Shown here: in pieces, positions 1-20,319 of the stretch
Numbering within the stretch: position 1 is the first letter of the stretch
How the letters are laid out: every line of letters starts with the position of its first letter
Assembly: GCA_045863395.1 (NCBI GenBank)
Contig: BTVJ01000005.1
Coordinates: forward strand, 96,001-160,000
Reading direction: 5' to 3'
Source of the DNA: Myxococcales bacterium
Lineage (GTDB): Bacteria; Myxococcota_A; UBA9042; JABWCM01; BTVJ01
Length of the DNA stretch: 64,000 bases
Notes under the pieces: generated by a model
Database searches by the model: none
Told to the model about the DNA's origin: nothing
What the model saw: the letters and a program-made list of their open reading frames with translations, nothing else
Translations under genes and position numbers: made by a program

Positions 1-45
1 GTAGCGGACGTCGAGAGAGCCATCGTGCCTTACGTCAGCAGTCTC

Positions 46-2145
<2,100 letters not shown>

Positions 2146-2168
2146 TGAGCTTCAGGTCCCTTGACGTC

Positions 2169-2639
2169 CTACCACACGTAGTGCGCAAAGGCCTTGTTGG
2201 CCTCCGCCATGCGGTGGGTGTCATCCTTCTTCTTGACCGAATTGCCGCGCATGTTGGCCGCCTCGATCAGCTCCGCGGCGAGCTTCTCGCGCATGGACTT
2301 CTCGCCGCGGTTGCGCGAATAACCGATGATCCAGCGGATGGCCAGCGCGATCTTTCGCTCTGGTCGCACCTCGACGGGCACCTGATAGGTGGAACCACCA
2401 ACGCGGCGGCTCTTGACCTCCAGGGAAGGCTTCACATTCTCGATCGCGCGCTTGAAGACCTTGAGCGGGTCGTCGTTGATGCGCGACTCGATGATGTCAA
2501 ATGCACCGTAGATCACGCTCTCGGCGACGGCCTTCTTTCCCTTGAACATCAGGCCGTTCGTGAACTTCGCTACGAGCCAGTCGCTGTACTTCGGATCCTT
2601 GAGGATCCTCCGCTTCGGAACTTCGTGTCTTCTCGGCAT
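2169..2639 (-). CDS. rpsG: 30S ribosomal protein S7
   Basis: MPRR start, [25 protein letters not shown]. Confidence 0.99.
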   Translation of the reverse strand: MPRRHEVPKRRILKDPKYSDWLVAKFTNGLMFKGKKAVAESVIYGAFDIIESRINDDPLKVFKRAIENVKPSLEVKSRRVGGSTYQVPVEVRPERKIALAIRWIIGYSRNRGEKSMREKLAAELIEAANMRGNSVKKKDDTHRMAEANKAFAHYVW

Positions 2640-2710
2640 CTTCTCGCCTCATGCCGGCGTCTCTTCGAGCGCCGTACCGGTTCGTTCGCCCCTCGCCGAC
2701 GGGCTGGGAG

Positions 2711-3082
2711 CTACTTGCCCTTCTTCGTGCCGTACTTGGAGCGCCCGCGCTTGCGGCCCGCCACGCCCACCGAGTCCAGTGTCCCACGGATGATGTGGTA
2801 CCGGACGCCCGGGAGGTCCTTGACGCGCCCCCCGCGGATGAGCACCAGTGAGTGCTCCTGGAGGTTGTGTCCCTCACCGGGAATGTAAGAGGTCACCTCT
2901 ACGCCGGTCGTGAGGCGGACACGCGCGATCTTGCGAAGAGCCGAGTTTGGCTTCTTCGGGGTCGTCGTATAGACGCGCACGCACACGCCGCGCTTCTGGG
3001 GACACTCGTCCAGGGCCGGCGCCGTGCTCTTTCTGCGAGCCTTGGCGCGCCCCATGCGAACAAGCTGATTGATGGTCGGCAT
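2711..3082 (-). CDS. rpsL: 30S ribosomal protein S12
   Basis: [29 protein letters not shown]. Confidence 0.99.
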   Translation of the reverse strand: MPTINQLVRMGRAKARRKSTAPALDECPQKRGVCVRVYTTTPKKPNSALRKIARVRLTTGVEVTSYIPGEGHNLQEHSLVLIRGGRVKDLPGVRYHIIRGTLDSVGVAGRKRGRSKYGTKKGK

Positions 3083-3173
3083 GCGCCTTCTCTCCCTCGA
3101 TTGGGGGCCACCGTTGATGAACCTTCGAACTTCCGCCGCGCTCCAAGCGAAGCTCCGGCCGCGCGGGAGCGGA

Positions 3174-3203
3174 ACATTACTGACCCCGCACGCACGGTGT
3201 CAA
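3174..3203 (-). promoter_or_regulatory. Sigma70-type promoter of the str operon
   Basis: TTGACA-N18-TAATGT about 90 nt upstream of rpsL. Confidence 0.6.
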
Positions 3204-3418
3204 GCAGATTCGGTCGTCATCGCTCGCGCGACGAGTGTGGTCGTGATGTCGGGTTGTTCGTGGAGAGCGTTGGCTGCGGTCACGCGCAATCGGCAGGATG
3301 ATCCACCGCGTGGCCGACCCCCGTATCCTCGTGAGACTCGCCCCTTGGGCGAAGTCTCATGCTCTCTCGCCGTCCCTGTCGCTCAGGGTCGGCGTCGAGC
3401 CGGGACGCGGGGCCCGCC

Positions 3419-7516
<4,098 letters not shown>

Positions 7517-7584
7517 AGCCTCGGCTCCTTGCACTGGTTTGGGTGGGTCTGCTCGACGGTCCCGATACCTGGCGCGTCGCGCCC

Positions 7585-11733
<4,149 letters not shown>

Positions 11734-11844
11734 CCGTGTGCTCCTCGCGCGTGTTCGGTCCGTTCCGCCCCCCCGGCTCGTCTCTCTTCGACCAGCGCTC
11801 GCGGCGCCGGCAACCGCCGGCGCCGCAAGCTCGTGCCAGCCGAA

Positions 11845-12228
11845 CTACTTCACCGTGACGGTCGCTCCGACGGCCTCGATCTGCGCCTTGATCTTGGCCG
11901 CCTCGTCCTTGGACACGGCCTCCTTCACGGGCTTCGGTGCGCCGTCGACCAGGTCCTTGGCCTCCTTGAGGCCAAGGCCGGTGATCGCGCGGACCTCCTT
12001 GATGACCTGGATCTTGTTGGCGCCCGCCGCCTGGAGGATCACGTCGAACTCGGTCTGCTCCTCGACGACTGCGGCAGCGACCGGGCCAGCGGCAACTGCG
12101 GCCACGGCGACGCCGGCCGAAGCCTTCACGCCCCACGCCTCCTCCAACTCCTTGGTGAGCTCGGAGAGCTCGAGGACGGTCATCTTGCTCAGCGCTTCCT
12201 TGATCTGCTCGCGAGTGATCTCTGCCAT
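11845..12228 (-). CDS. rplL: 50S ribosomal protein L7/L12
   Basis: [33 protein letters not shown]. Confidence 0.99.
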   Translation of the reverse strand: MAEITREQIKEALSKMTVLELSELTKELEEAWGVKASAGVAVAAVAAGPVAAAVVEEQTEFDVILQAAGANKIQVIKEVRAITGLGLKEAKDLVDGAPKPVKEAVSKDEAAKIKAQIEAVGATVTVK

Positions 12229-12336
12229 GGTGCATTGCTCCTTGATGGTTGGCGCCCCACGCTCTTCGCTTTCCGAGCGGGGGACGAGTCAGCTCGAACT
12301 CATGGGCGGCGCGGGTCCCTCGACCCGCCCGCCGCG

Positions 12337-12867
12337 TCACGCGGCCGTGCTCTCCCCGAGCTTCTCCGTGTGCTGGAGAAGGACGCTGAGGATGTCGCGC
12401 TGTGCCTGGCTCAGGACCGTGACGAACTTGGCCGCCGGGGCCTGGAGGACCGACAGGAAGCTCGCGCGCAGCTCGTCCTTGCTGGGGAGCGCCGCGAGCG
12501 CCTTGATTCCGTCGAGGTTCAGCTCCTGACCGGTCAGGTAGCCCGCCTTGATCGTCAGCGCCTCGTTGGTCTTCGCGAAGTCCGTGAGCACTTTGGCGGC
12601 GGCCACGGGATCCGTGGACGACCACGCCAGCGCCATCGGCCCGTGCAGGTACTTTCCTAGGAACTGCTTGTCCGTGCCCTCGATGGCGCGCTTCGCAAGC
12701 GTGTTCTTCACGACGCGGTACTTCACCCCGTTCTCGCGAAGGCTCTTGCGGAGCTGAACCACCTTCTCCACGGTGAGCTTCCGGTACTCGGCGACAAGGA
12801 TCGCTTGAACACCGGCGAACTCGCCCTTGAGGTCCTCGACGACCTGCTCCTTGGTTGTTCTGTCCAT
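12337..12867 (-). CDS. rplJ: 50S ribosomal protein L10
   Basis: VVKNTLAKRA and LAALPSKDEL; start MDRTTK after GGAGGAG SD; lies between rplA and rplL. Confidence 0.97.
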   Translation of the reverse strand: MDRTTKEQVVEDLKGEFAGVQAILVAEYRKLTVEKVVQLRKSLRENGVKYRVVKNTLAKRAIEGTDKQFLGKYLHGPMALAWSSTDPVAAAKVLTDFAKTNEALTIKAGYLTGQELNLDGIKALAALPSKDELRASFLSVLQAPAAKFVTVLSQAQRDILSVLLQHTEKLGESTAA

Positions 12868-12986
12868 GGGACCTACTCCTCCCAATCCATTGGTAAGCAC
12901 ACGATTCTGACCAGACCAGGATGCCGAGAGGAGTCAGCCCCAGACGCTCGTGAGTTCGTCAGGGGGCATCATCACAGCATGCACCT

Positions 12987-13100
12987 TCCATCTCCGCAGG
13001 CGGAGCGTCCAAAGCCGAGAGTCACGGCCGGCAGCTGGCCGGGCCGGGTCACTCAGCTTCGTGGCTCCATCAAACGCACGGTACCTGCTTCTCGGACAGA
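12987..13100 (-). promoter_or_regulatory. Probable L10 leader (rplJ autoregulatory RNA)
   Basis: UCUGUC-CGAGAA-GCAGG ... CCUGC-GGA-GAUGGA: two helices flanking a GA-rich internal loop in the rplJ 5' region, as in L10 leaders. Confidence 0.55.
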
Positions 13101-13142
13101 GCTCGTGTTCCAGATTGTCAACAGGCTGGTGCCTGGAAACTC

Positions 13143-13162
13143 CTGCTCCCCGCTGGGAGCAG
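13143..13162 (-). terminator. Hairpin directly after rplA (terminator or processing stem)
   Basis: CTGCTCCC-AGCG-GGGAGCAG, 8-bp stem; only a weak U-tract. Confidence 0.35.
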
Positions 13163-13165
13163 CCA

Positions 13166-13870
13166 TCACTTCAGGGACGCCTGAACGGCCGTCGGATCCA
13201 GCTTGATGCCGGGGCCCATGGTCGTCGACACCGCGACCCCTCGCACGTACTGCCCCTTCGCGGTCGAGGGCTTCAGGCGAAGCAGCACCTCCACGAGCGC
13301 GGCGACGTTCTCTTGGAGCTTCACCGCCTCGAAGGACCGCTTGCCGACCGGCGCGTGGATGATCCCCGCCTTGTCCACGCGAAATTCGATCTTGCCTGCC
13401 TTCGACTCGCGGACAGCTTGCCCCACGTCGAACGTCACGGTTCCAACCTTCGGATTGGGCATCAGACCGCGTGGTCCGAGGATTCGGCCGATCTTTCCGA
13501 CCGACCCCATCATGTCAGGAGTGGCAACGGCCTTGTCGAAGTCGAGCCACCCCTTTCGAATGTCCTCGACCAGGTCGTCACCGCCCACGCGGTCAGCGCC
13601 GGCCTCCTCCGCCTCGCGCACCTTGTCGCCCTTGGCGAACACCACCACGCGGACCGTCTTTCCGGTGCCGTGGGGAAGTACGCACGCGCCACGGACCATC
13701 TGATCTGCGTGGCGAGGGTTGACGCCGAGCCGAACCGCCACATCGACGGACTCGTCGAACTTGGCGTAGCCGGTCTTCGCGACGAGCTGCATGGCCTCCT
13801 CGAGCGTGTAGAGCTTGAGGCGATCCACCATCTGGGCTTGTGCCCTGAACTTCTTTCCGTGGCTGGGCAT
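13166..13870 (-). CDS. rplA: 50S ribosomal protein L1
   Basis: [36 protein letters not shown]; start at MPSHGKK. Confidence 0.99.
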   Translation of the reverse strand: MPSHGKKFRAQAQMVDRLKLYTLEEAMQLVAKTGYAKFDESVDVAVRLGVNPRHADQMVRGACVLPHGTGKTVRVVVFAKGDKVREAEEAGADRVGGDDLVEDIRKGWLDFDKAVATPDMMGSVGKIGRILGPRGLMPNPKVGTVTFDVGQAVRESKAGKIEFRVDKAGIIHAPVGKRSFEAVKLQENVAALVEVLLRLKPSTAKGQYVRGVAVSTTMGPGIKLDPTAVQASLK

Positions 13871-14000
13871 GACACTCTTCCTTCGTGTGCTCGTGGCCGC
13901 AGGGCACCACCTTGACGCCCCACGTGGCACTGGTCGGCGCATCGAGCGGCGACCGGGATGGCTCGGGGCAGCCCGTGGGGGGCCCGGAGCCGGCTCTGCT

Positions 14001-14426
14001 TCAGTCGATGACGTCGATCCCCATGCTGCGGGCGGTGCCCGCTACCGTGCGGATCGCAGCGTCGATATCAGCGGCGTACAGGTCCACACGCTTCAGCTCC
14101 GCGATGTCCCGGACCTGCGCCATGGTGACCTTGCCGACCTTCTGGCGGTTCGGCACGCCGGAACCCTTCGGAATGCCGGCTGCCTTCATCAGCAGCACGG
14201 CTGCCGGGGGGGTCTTCGTGATGAAGTCGAAGGAGCGATCCGAGAAGACGGTGACGATGATCGGGATGATCATGCCCTCCTCCTTGGCGGTTCGCGCATT
14301 GAACTTCTTCACGAACTCCATGATGTTCACGCCGTGCTGACCGAGGGCCGGGCCCACCGGAGGGGCCGGCGTCGCCTTGCCGGCGGGGCACTGCAGCTTG
14401 ACTTGGGCGACGATCTTCTTGGCCAT
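14001..14426 (-). CDS. rplK: 50S ribosomal protein L11
   Basis: [30 protein letters not shown]. Confidence 0.99.
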   Translation of the reverse strand: MAKKIVAQVKLQCPAGKATPAPPVGPALGQHGVNIMEFVKKFNARTAKEEGMIIPIIVTVFSDRSFDFITKTPPAAVLLMKAAGIPKGSGVPNRQKVGKVTMAQVRDIAELKRVDLYAADIDAAIRTVAGTARSMGIDVID

Positions 14427-14530
14427 CTTGTCCTCCGTGTCCTAGCGGCGGGCTCGCCAAGAGCCGCTCGCTTCCGTGGCACGCGCCACTCCGTTGGTTG
14501 TCCGCAAACGCCGGCGCGAGCCAGATCCCG

Positions 14531-15064
14531 TCAGACGCGCTCCACCTGGGTGAAGTCCACCTCTACCGGGGTCGGGCGGCCAAAGATCGACACCAAGACG
14601 CGCAGCTTCTGCTTCTCCGGGCGGACCTCCTCGACGGTGCCGCTGAAGTTGATGAAGGCGCCGCCCGTGATGCGCACCTGGGAGCCCTCTTCGAAGTTCT
14701 GCGCGACCTTGGGACGCTCGGCGCCCTCCTCCATTTGCTGCGTGATGCGGGCGACCTCCGCCTCAGGGATCGGCGGCGGGTTCGTCGTGCCGCCCACGAA
14801 GCCCGTGATCTTCTGAGTCCCCTTCACGATGTGCCACGTCTCGTCGTCGAGCTCCATCTGGACGAGCATGTAGCCGGGGAAGAACTTGCGCGACGAGGTG
14901 CGCTTCGTTCCTCCCTTCATCTCGACGACGCTCTCCTTGGGGATCAGGATGTCGCCAAACCGCTCCTCCACCCCCGCGGTCCGGATGCGCTCCTCGAGGA
15001 GCTGCTTTGCCCGGTTCTCGTAGCCGGAGTAGGTGTGGACCACGTACCACTTCTTCTCGCCCAT
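14531..15064 (-). CDS. nusG: Transcription termination/antitermination factor NusG
   Basis: WYVVHTYSGYE, KFFPGY, KOW motif, SIFGRPTPVE; true start MGEKKW (the ORF-track extension is spurious). Confidence 0.98.
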   Translation of the reverse strand: MGEKKWYVVHTYSGYENRAKQLLEERIRTAGVEERFGDILIPKESVVEMKGGTKRTSSRKFFPGYMLVQMELDDETWHIVKGTQKITGFVGGTTNPPPIPEAEVARITQQMEEGAERPKVAQNFEEGSQVRITGGAFINFSGTVEEVRPEKQKLRVLVSIFGRPTPVEVDFTQVERV

Positions 15065-15168
15065 GAATCTCTCCTCTCGCCCCCTCCCCTGCGCGGGTCG
15101 TACCGCGCTGGCAGCATCGAGCGAGACATCAGCACCCCGCAACCTGGGACGGCCGCTGCGCTTCCGAG

Positions 15169-15552
15169 TCAGATGTTGTAGATGAAGCCCGTGATCGAGG
15201 ACCACACAGCGTCGAACAGCCCCAGGATGGCCGAGACGATGATCGTGGTGATCACCACGACGACCGTGGAGACCTTGGTCTCGGCCCAGGTCGGCCACGT
15301 CACCTTCTTCAGCTCGTTCGCGATCTCGTGACCCAGCTCGTTCACCCGAGGGTGACGCCAGAGCACTATGCCCGTGGCCATACCCGCGGCGAGACCCAAC
15401 AGGTCGCTCAGCGAGAACCCCGCCCCGAGCAGCGAGCGGTCGGCGCTCGGGCTGATCGCCCCGAGGACGAACCCGAACAACTCTGCCAGGATGATCCAGG
15501 TCAGCAGGCCGGTCGCGACGAAGGCCATGTTGACGTAGCGTGTAACGCTCAT
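15169..15552 (-). CDS. secE: Preprotein translocase SecE (long form with extra N-terminal TM helices)
   Basis: ELKKVTWPT motif followed by a TM helix; directly upstream of nusG. Confidence 0.95.
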   Translation of the reverse strand: MSVTRYVNMAFVATGLLTWIILAELFGFVLGAISPSADRSLLGAGFSLSDLLGLAAGMATGIVLWRHPRVNELGHEIANELKKVTWPTWAETKVSTVVVVITTIIVSAILGLFDAVWSSITGFIYNI

Positions 15553-15635
15553 TGGCAGCTTCCCTGTGCGCTTCGGGTGGATGGACCAGGGTGGGCGCTC
15601 TGTGCCACCTCCCACCCATCAGCTTCTCCAGCTGC

Positions 15636-15960
15636 GGGTGGTGGTGGCCTGAACTCGGTCCTGCTCGTAGCTGGCTCGAGTGCTCGTGCCCCGGAGACCA
15701 TCTTCGTTTCACACCTCGCTCTGCGCGGTGTGAAGTCCTTGGGTTTGGTCGGAGGGAGACCGGCGGCGTGGGTGGGTTGGGTACCCGCCGCCTTCCCTCA
15801 CGAGTCCCTGGGATCAAGCTGATCCCGAGTGGCTCGCTGGGCCGGTCTCACTCCTCCCTGCAGGGCGCCTCTTCAGGCTCCTGCGGTCCAGACACGTCCC
15901 GGGCACCACTTCATCCGGGGCACCGTTTGGGTCGTCTGGCTCTCGGAGGCCACCACGCCC
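15636..15960 (-). ncRNA. Candidate structured non-coding RNA / long structured leader between tRNA-Trp and secE
   Basis: Nested perfect inverted repeats 15641-50/15947-56, 15686-95/15914-23 and 15756-64/15841-49, plus internal hairpins; no credible ORF. Confidence 0.4.
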
Positions 15961-15981
15961 GTTTCGTGTCTCGACCCTAGG

Positions 15982-16054
15982 CAGGCCAGGAGGGATTCGA
16001 ACCCCCAACCCTCGGATTTGGAGTCCGATGCTCTACCGTTAGAGCTACTGGCCT
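15982..16054 (-). tRNA. tRNA-Trp(CCA)
   Basis: Cloverleaf AGGCCAG...CTCCAAA...GGTTCGAATCC...CTGGCCTG; 3' CCA not encoded. Confidence 0.96.
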
Positions 16055-16103
16055 GTTGTCACGGAGCTCTTGCCCCGCGACGACAGGGTGCCGGGCACCC
16101 TGC

Positions 16104-16283
16104 TCACTTCACCTCTTTGTGCACCGTGTGGCGCCGCTCGAACCTGCAGTACTTGCGGAACTCCAAACGGGCCGGGGTGCGCTTCTTGTTCTTCGTCGTG
16201 CTGTACCGGGACACCCCCGGCATGCCGCTCTTGCGACACTCCGTGCACTCGAGCTGCACGATGATGCGGTTTCCCTGAGCCAT
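16104..16283 (-). CDS. rpmG: 50S ribosomal protein L33 (59 aa; absent from the ORF track)
   Basis: Manual translation [59 protein letters not shown]; lies between tuf and tRNA-Trp. Confidence 0.96.
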   Translation of the reverse strand: MAQGNRIIVQLECTECRKSGMPGVSRYSTTKNKKRTPARLEFRKYCRFERRHTVHKEVK

Positions 16284-16358
16284 GGTTGCGTCCTCGGTTC
16301 ATGTGCGGACGCCCGACGCACGCGCGTCGGGCGCCCTCTGTGCTCTCTCGTCGCGGTC

Positions 16359-17552
<1,194 letters not shown>

Positions 17553-17639
17553 TGCTCTCTCCTTTGAAATCCCCGTGGCGCGCCTGGCGGCCTCGACCAT
17601 CGGCTTGGTGTTACAACCACGTTCACGGCGCGAGCCGCC

Positions 17640-17715
17640 TGGAGCCTACGACCGGGATTGAACCGGTGACCTCCTCCTTACCAAGGAGGTGCTCTACCGA
17701 CTGAGCTACGTAGGC
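17640..17715 (-). tRNA. tRNA-Thr(GGT)
   Basis: Cloverleaf GCCTACG...TTGGTAA...CGTAGGCTCCA; CCA encoded. Confidence 0.96.
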
Positions 17716-17762
17716 CTGGGGTTGGCGCCCGCTCTAGCCTCTCACTGCTCTTGTCCACGCGG

Positions 17763-17836
17763 AGCGGGAAACGGGACTCGAACCCGCGACCCTCAGCTTG
17801 GAAGGCTGATGCTCTAGCCAACTGAGCTATTCCCGC
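17763..17836 (-). tRNA. tRNA-Gly(TCC)
   Basis: GCGGGAA...CTTCCAA...GGTTCGAGTCC...TTCCCGCT. Confidence 0.96.
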
Positions 17837-17884
17837 GATTGCTCCTGCGTTCAGTTCATGCACGCCGCGGACGGCGGGCTGCCC

Positions 17885-17970
17885 TGGTGGAGGGGGGAGG
17901 ATTCGAACCTCCGAAGTCGTCCGACGACAGATTTACAGTCTGTTCCCTTTGGCCACTCGGGAACCCCTCC
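17885..17970 (-). tRNA. tRNA-Tyr(GTA)
   Basis: GGAGGGG...CTGTAAA, long variable arm, ends CCTCCACCA. Confidence 0.96.
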
Positions 17971-17985
17971 AGTTGTCATCCTCAG

Positions 17986-18058
17986 AGCTGGCGATGGGAC
18001 TCGAACCCGCAACCTGCTGATTACAAATCAGCTGCTCTGCCAATTGAGCTACGCCAGC
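17986..18058 (-). tRNA. tRNA-Thr(TGT)
   Basis: GCTGGCG...TTTGTAA...GGTTCGAGTCC...CGCCAGCT; classic Thr-Tyr-Gly-Thr-tuf order. Confidence 0.96.
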
Positions 18059-18101
18059 GCGTCTTGGTGGCCGGCTTCTTGCCGCTGCCCCCTCGCGAGG
18101 G

Positions 18102-18136
18102 AGCATAGCGATATTGGATTCGTCTCGTTCTGTCAA
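18102..18136 (-). promoter_or_regulatory. Probable promoter of the tRNA-tuf operon
   Basis: TTGACA at 18131-36; -10 ambiguous (TATCGC at 17-nt spacing or TATGCT further downstream). Confidence 0.4.
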
Positions 18137-18286
18137 GCCCAAACGCACCACAAGCCGACCGCGCCTCGGTTGGCCAAGGCGTCGCGCCGCCGTGCCCACG
18201 GCTTCAGCGAACCGTGGCGCCGCAGCATAGACATCACTGCGGGCCGCGTCAACAGGAAACGCACCTTGCGGAGAGTCCCGCCGCCT

Positions 18287-19555
18287 TCAGATGCCTGCCT
18301 CCTCAGGTCCGAGGAACTCGTCACGCACCGACGGATCGCCGGGGACCGCGAAGTCCCGCTCCACCTGCTCGTAGTAGTCGATGATCCGCCGCACATAGGC
18401 GCGCTTGGCGAGGTAGTTGCCCGGGAAGAAGCTGCGCTTGAACCCGTAGATGATGTGATGGCGCAAATCCCGGCGCGTCAGGTTGAAGTGGCGCACCGCG
18501 AGCTCAATCTCCCGCGTTACGGTCGTGCTCGACACCGTCCGGTTGTCGGTACAGAACGTCGTCGACAGACGCAGCTTCTGCATGTCACGGAACGCGTGAT
18601 CAGCAATGGACTTCAGCATGGGGTTGGTCTGCAGGTTGCTCGACAGGCAGATCTCGATCGTCACGCGCCGGTCCGCGATGTACTGAGCCAGATCACGGAT
18701 GTAGCCATGCTTGTCGTTGATGTTGCTCTCGATGAGCCACGCGCTGAGCAGGTGGTAGCCGTGCCCGATCCGATCCGCGTGCAGGTCGGTGATGGCCTGG
18801 AAGATGCTCTCCGGACCATAGGCTTCACCGGCGTGGACCGTCTTCTTCATGAAGTTCTTGTGGACGAACTGGTAGGCCTCCGCGTGGTCCACCGCCGGGA
18901 AGCCGTTCTCCTGGCCGGCCAGGTCGAAGCCCACGATCGGGAGCCCGTACTCGTTGCGAAGCGCGACCACCGCCTGGGCCAGCTCCAGGGACGCCATGGC
19001 GAAGGCACGCTTCCGGGGGGTGTAGCGGTGGACGTCCAGGAACTGGTGGAAGTACGGCCCGAATTCAGCCGTGAACATGCGCATGGCGCAGGCGATGATG
19101 CCATACTCGAAGGGTGGCTCTTGGCCGCTTCGCACCTCGGCGCGAGCGTTGAACTGGTCCCGCCCCCTCTTGAAGCCTCGGTGAACGGCCCACATCACAC
19201 GCTTGAGGTCGAGGTGCTCGTTGATGTGGAGCTGGGGAGCAAACCGGGGCTCGATGTAGCGGACCCCCTCGGCCTGGTTGTCGAGCGCGAACTCATAGGC
19301 GATGCGCTCGAGAGCCTCCTCGTCCTGCATCACCGCGGTCAGGTACTGGAAGCCTTGCAGGTACTCGACCAGGCTGCCGTACAGATCCTTGAACACCGTC
19401 TCGCGAAGTCCCTCCTCGGTGTACGAGGGAAGCTCAACGTTGCGCTCCCGCGCCAGCTCGATGAGCGTGGAGAGGCGCACAGACCCGTCCAGGTGGACGT
19501 GGAGGTCGCTCTTTGGGAGCTTCTCCAGGAACTCGCGACTGATGGACTCGTTCAT
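18287..19555 (-). CDS. add: Adenosine deaminase family protein
   Basis: LPKSDLHVHLDGS, GFDLAGQE, TVHAGE, RIGHG, EICLSSN, CTDN. Confidence 0.9.
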   Translation of the reverse strand: MNESISREFLEKLPKSDLHVHLDGSVRLSTLIELARERNVELPSYTEEGLRETVFKDLYGSLVEYLQGFQYLTAVMQDEEALERIAYEFALDNQAEGVRYIEPRFAPQLHINEHLDLKRVMWAVHRGFKRGRDQFNARAEVRSGQEPPFEYGIIACAMRMFTAEFGPYFHQFLDVHRYTPRKRAFAMASLELAQAVVALRNEYGLPIVGFDLAGQENGFPAVDHAEAYQFVHKNFMKKTVHAGEAYGPESIFQAITDLHADRIGHGYHLLSAWLIESNINDKHGYIRDLAQYIADRRVTIEICLSSNLQTNPMLKSIADHAFRDMQKLRLSTTFCTDNRTVSSTTVTREIELAVRHFNLTRRDLRHHIIYGFKRSFFPGNYLAKRAYVRRIIDYYEQVERDFAVPGDPSVRDEFLGPEEAGI

Positions 19556-20319
19556 GGAACACCCGGGCCGCCATGCGGAGCAGCGAGGACGCGCTGGCGC
19601 AAGGCTTCGTAGAGGAAGATGCCAGCGAACACGCTGACGTTGAGAGACTCCATGCGACCCTGGGAGGGCAGCGTGACCAGGCGATCACAGCGCTCCGTCG
19701 TGAGGCGGCGCATGCCCGGTCCCTCGGCGCCCAACACGAGCGCCGTAGGCACCGTGAAGTCAACTGCGGTGATGGGCTCCCCGCCAGCCGGAACGCTGCC
19801 CACGACCCAGAGCCCGCCTGCTTTCAGCTCATCGAGGGCTCGGGCGAGGTTCGTGACCATGCACACCGGCAGCATGGCCGCGGCGCCGGCGGCGGCCCGC
19901 TCGACGGTAGGGTTGACGTGGACTGCGCGGTCCTTGGGGATGACCACTCCCGTGGCGCCGAAGAACGCCGCGCTGCGAAGGATGGCGCCGAGGTTCTGGG
20001 GATCGGAGACGCCGTCGAGCACAACGAGCAGCGGCGCGTGGTCTCGCGCCTTGACGACCTCGTCCAGGTCCACGTAGGAGAACGCGCGGAGCTCGGCGGC
20101 GACCCCCTGCGTATTTCGCCCCGCGGCGAGGCGCTTGAAGTAGTCCGTCTGCTCCGGCTCGACCGGAATCCCGGCCTGGCGGGCCTCCGAGACGATGGCT
20201 TCGCGGGCAGGGTGTGGGCGGACGTCGGCCTGGATCAGGATCCGAATGACCCGATCGGGGGTCTCGGACAGCGCCGAGGCGACTGCGTGGATGCCTGTGA
20301 CCCGCTCAACCGCGGCCAA
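19552..20319 (-). CDS. rlmB: 23S rRNA Gm2251 2'-O-methyltransferase (SpoU/TrmH family)
   Basis: GIHAV, LDGVSDPQNLGAILRSA, LGAEGPG, ESLNVSV; TTG start after AGGAGG. Confidence 0.9.
   Translation of the reverse strand: MAAVERVTGIHAVASALSETPDRVIRILIQADVRPHPAREAIVSEARQAGIPVEPEQTDYFKRLAAGRNTQGVAAELRAFSYVDLDEVVKARDHAPLLVVLDGVSDPQNLGAILRSAAFFGATGVVIPKDRAVHVNPTVERAAAGAAAMLPVCMVTNLARALDELKAGGLWVVGSVPAGGEPITAVDFTVPTALVLGAEGPGMRRLTTERCDRLVTLPSQGRMESLNVSVFAGIFLYEALRQRVLAAPHGGPGVP

Noticed and set aside
15065..15817. N-terminally extended NusG (428 aa)
   Set aside because: Overlaps secE out of frame; NusG homology starts at MGEKKW
15695..15880. Hammerhead-like words CUGAAGA...GAAAC...GUC in the tRNA-Trp/secE spacer
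   Set aside because: Stems I-III do not pair in register around the core
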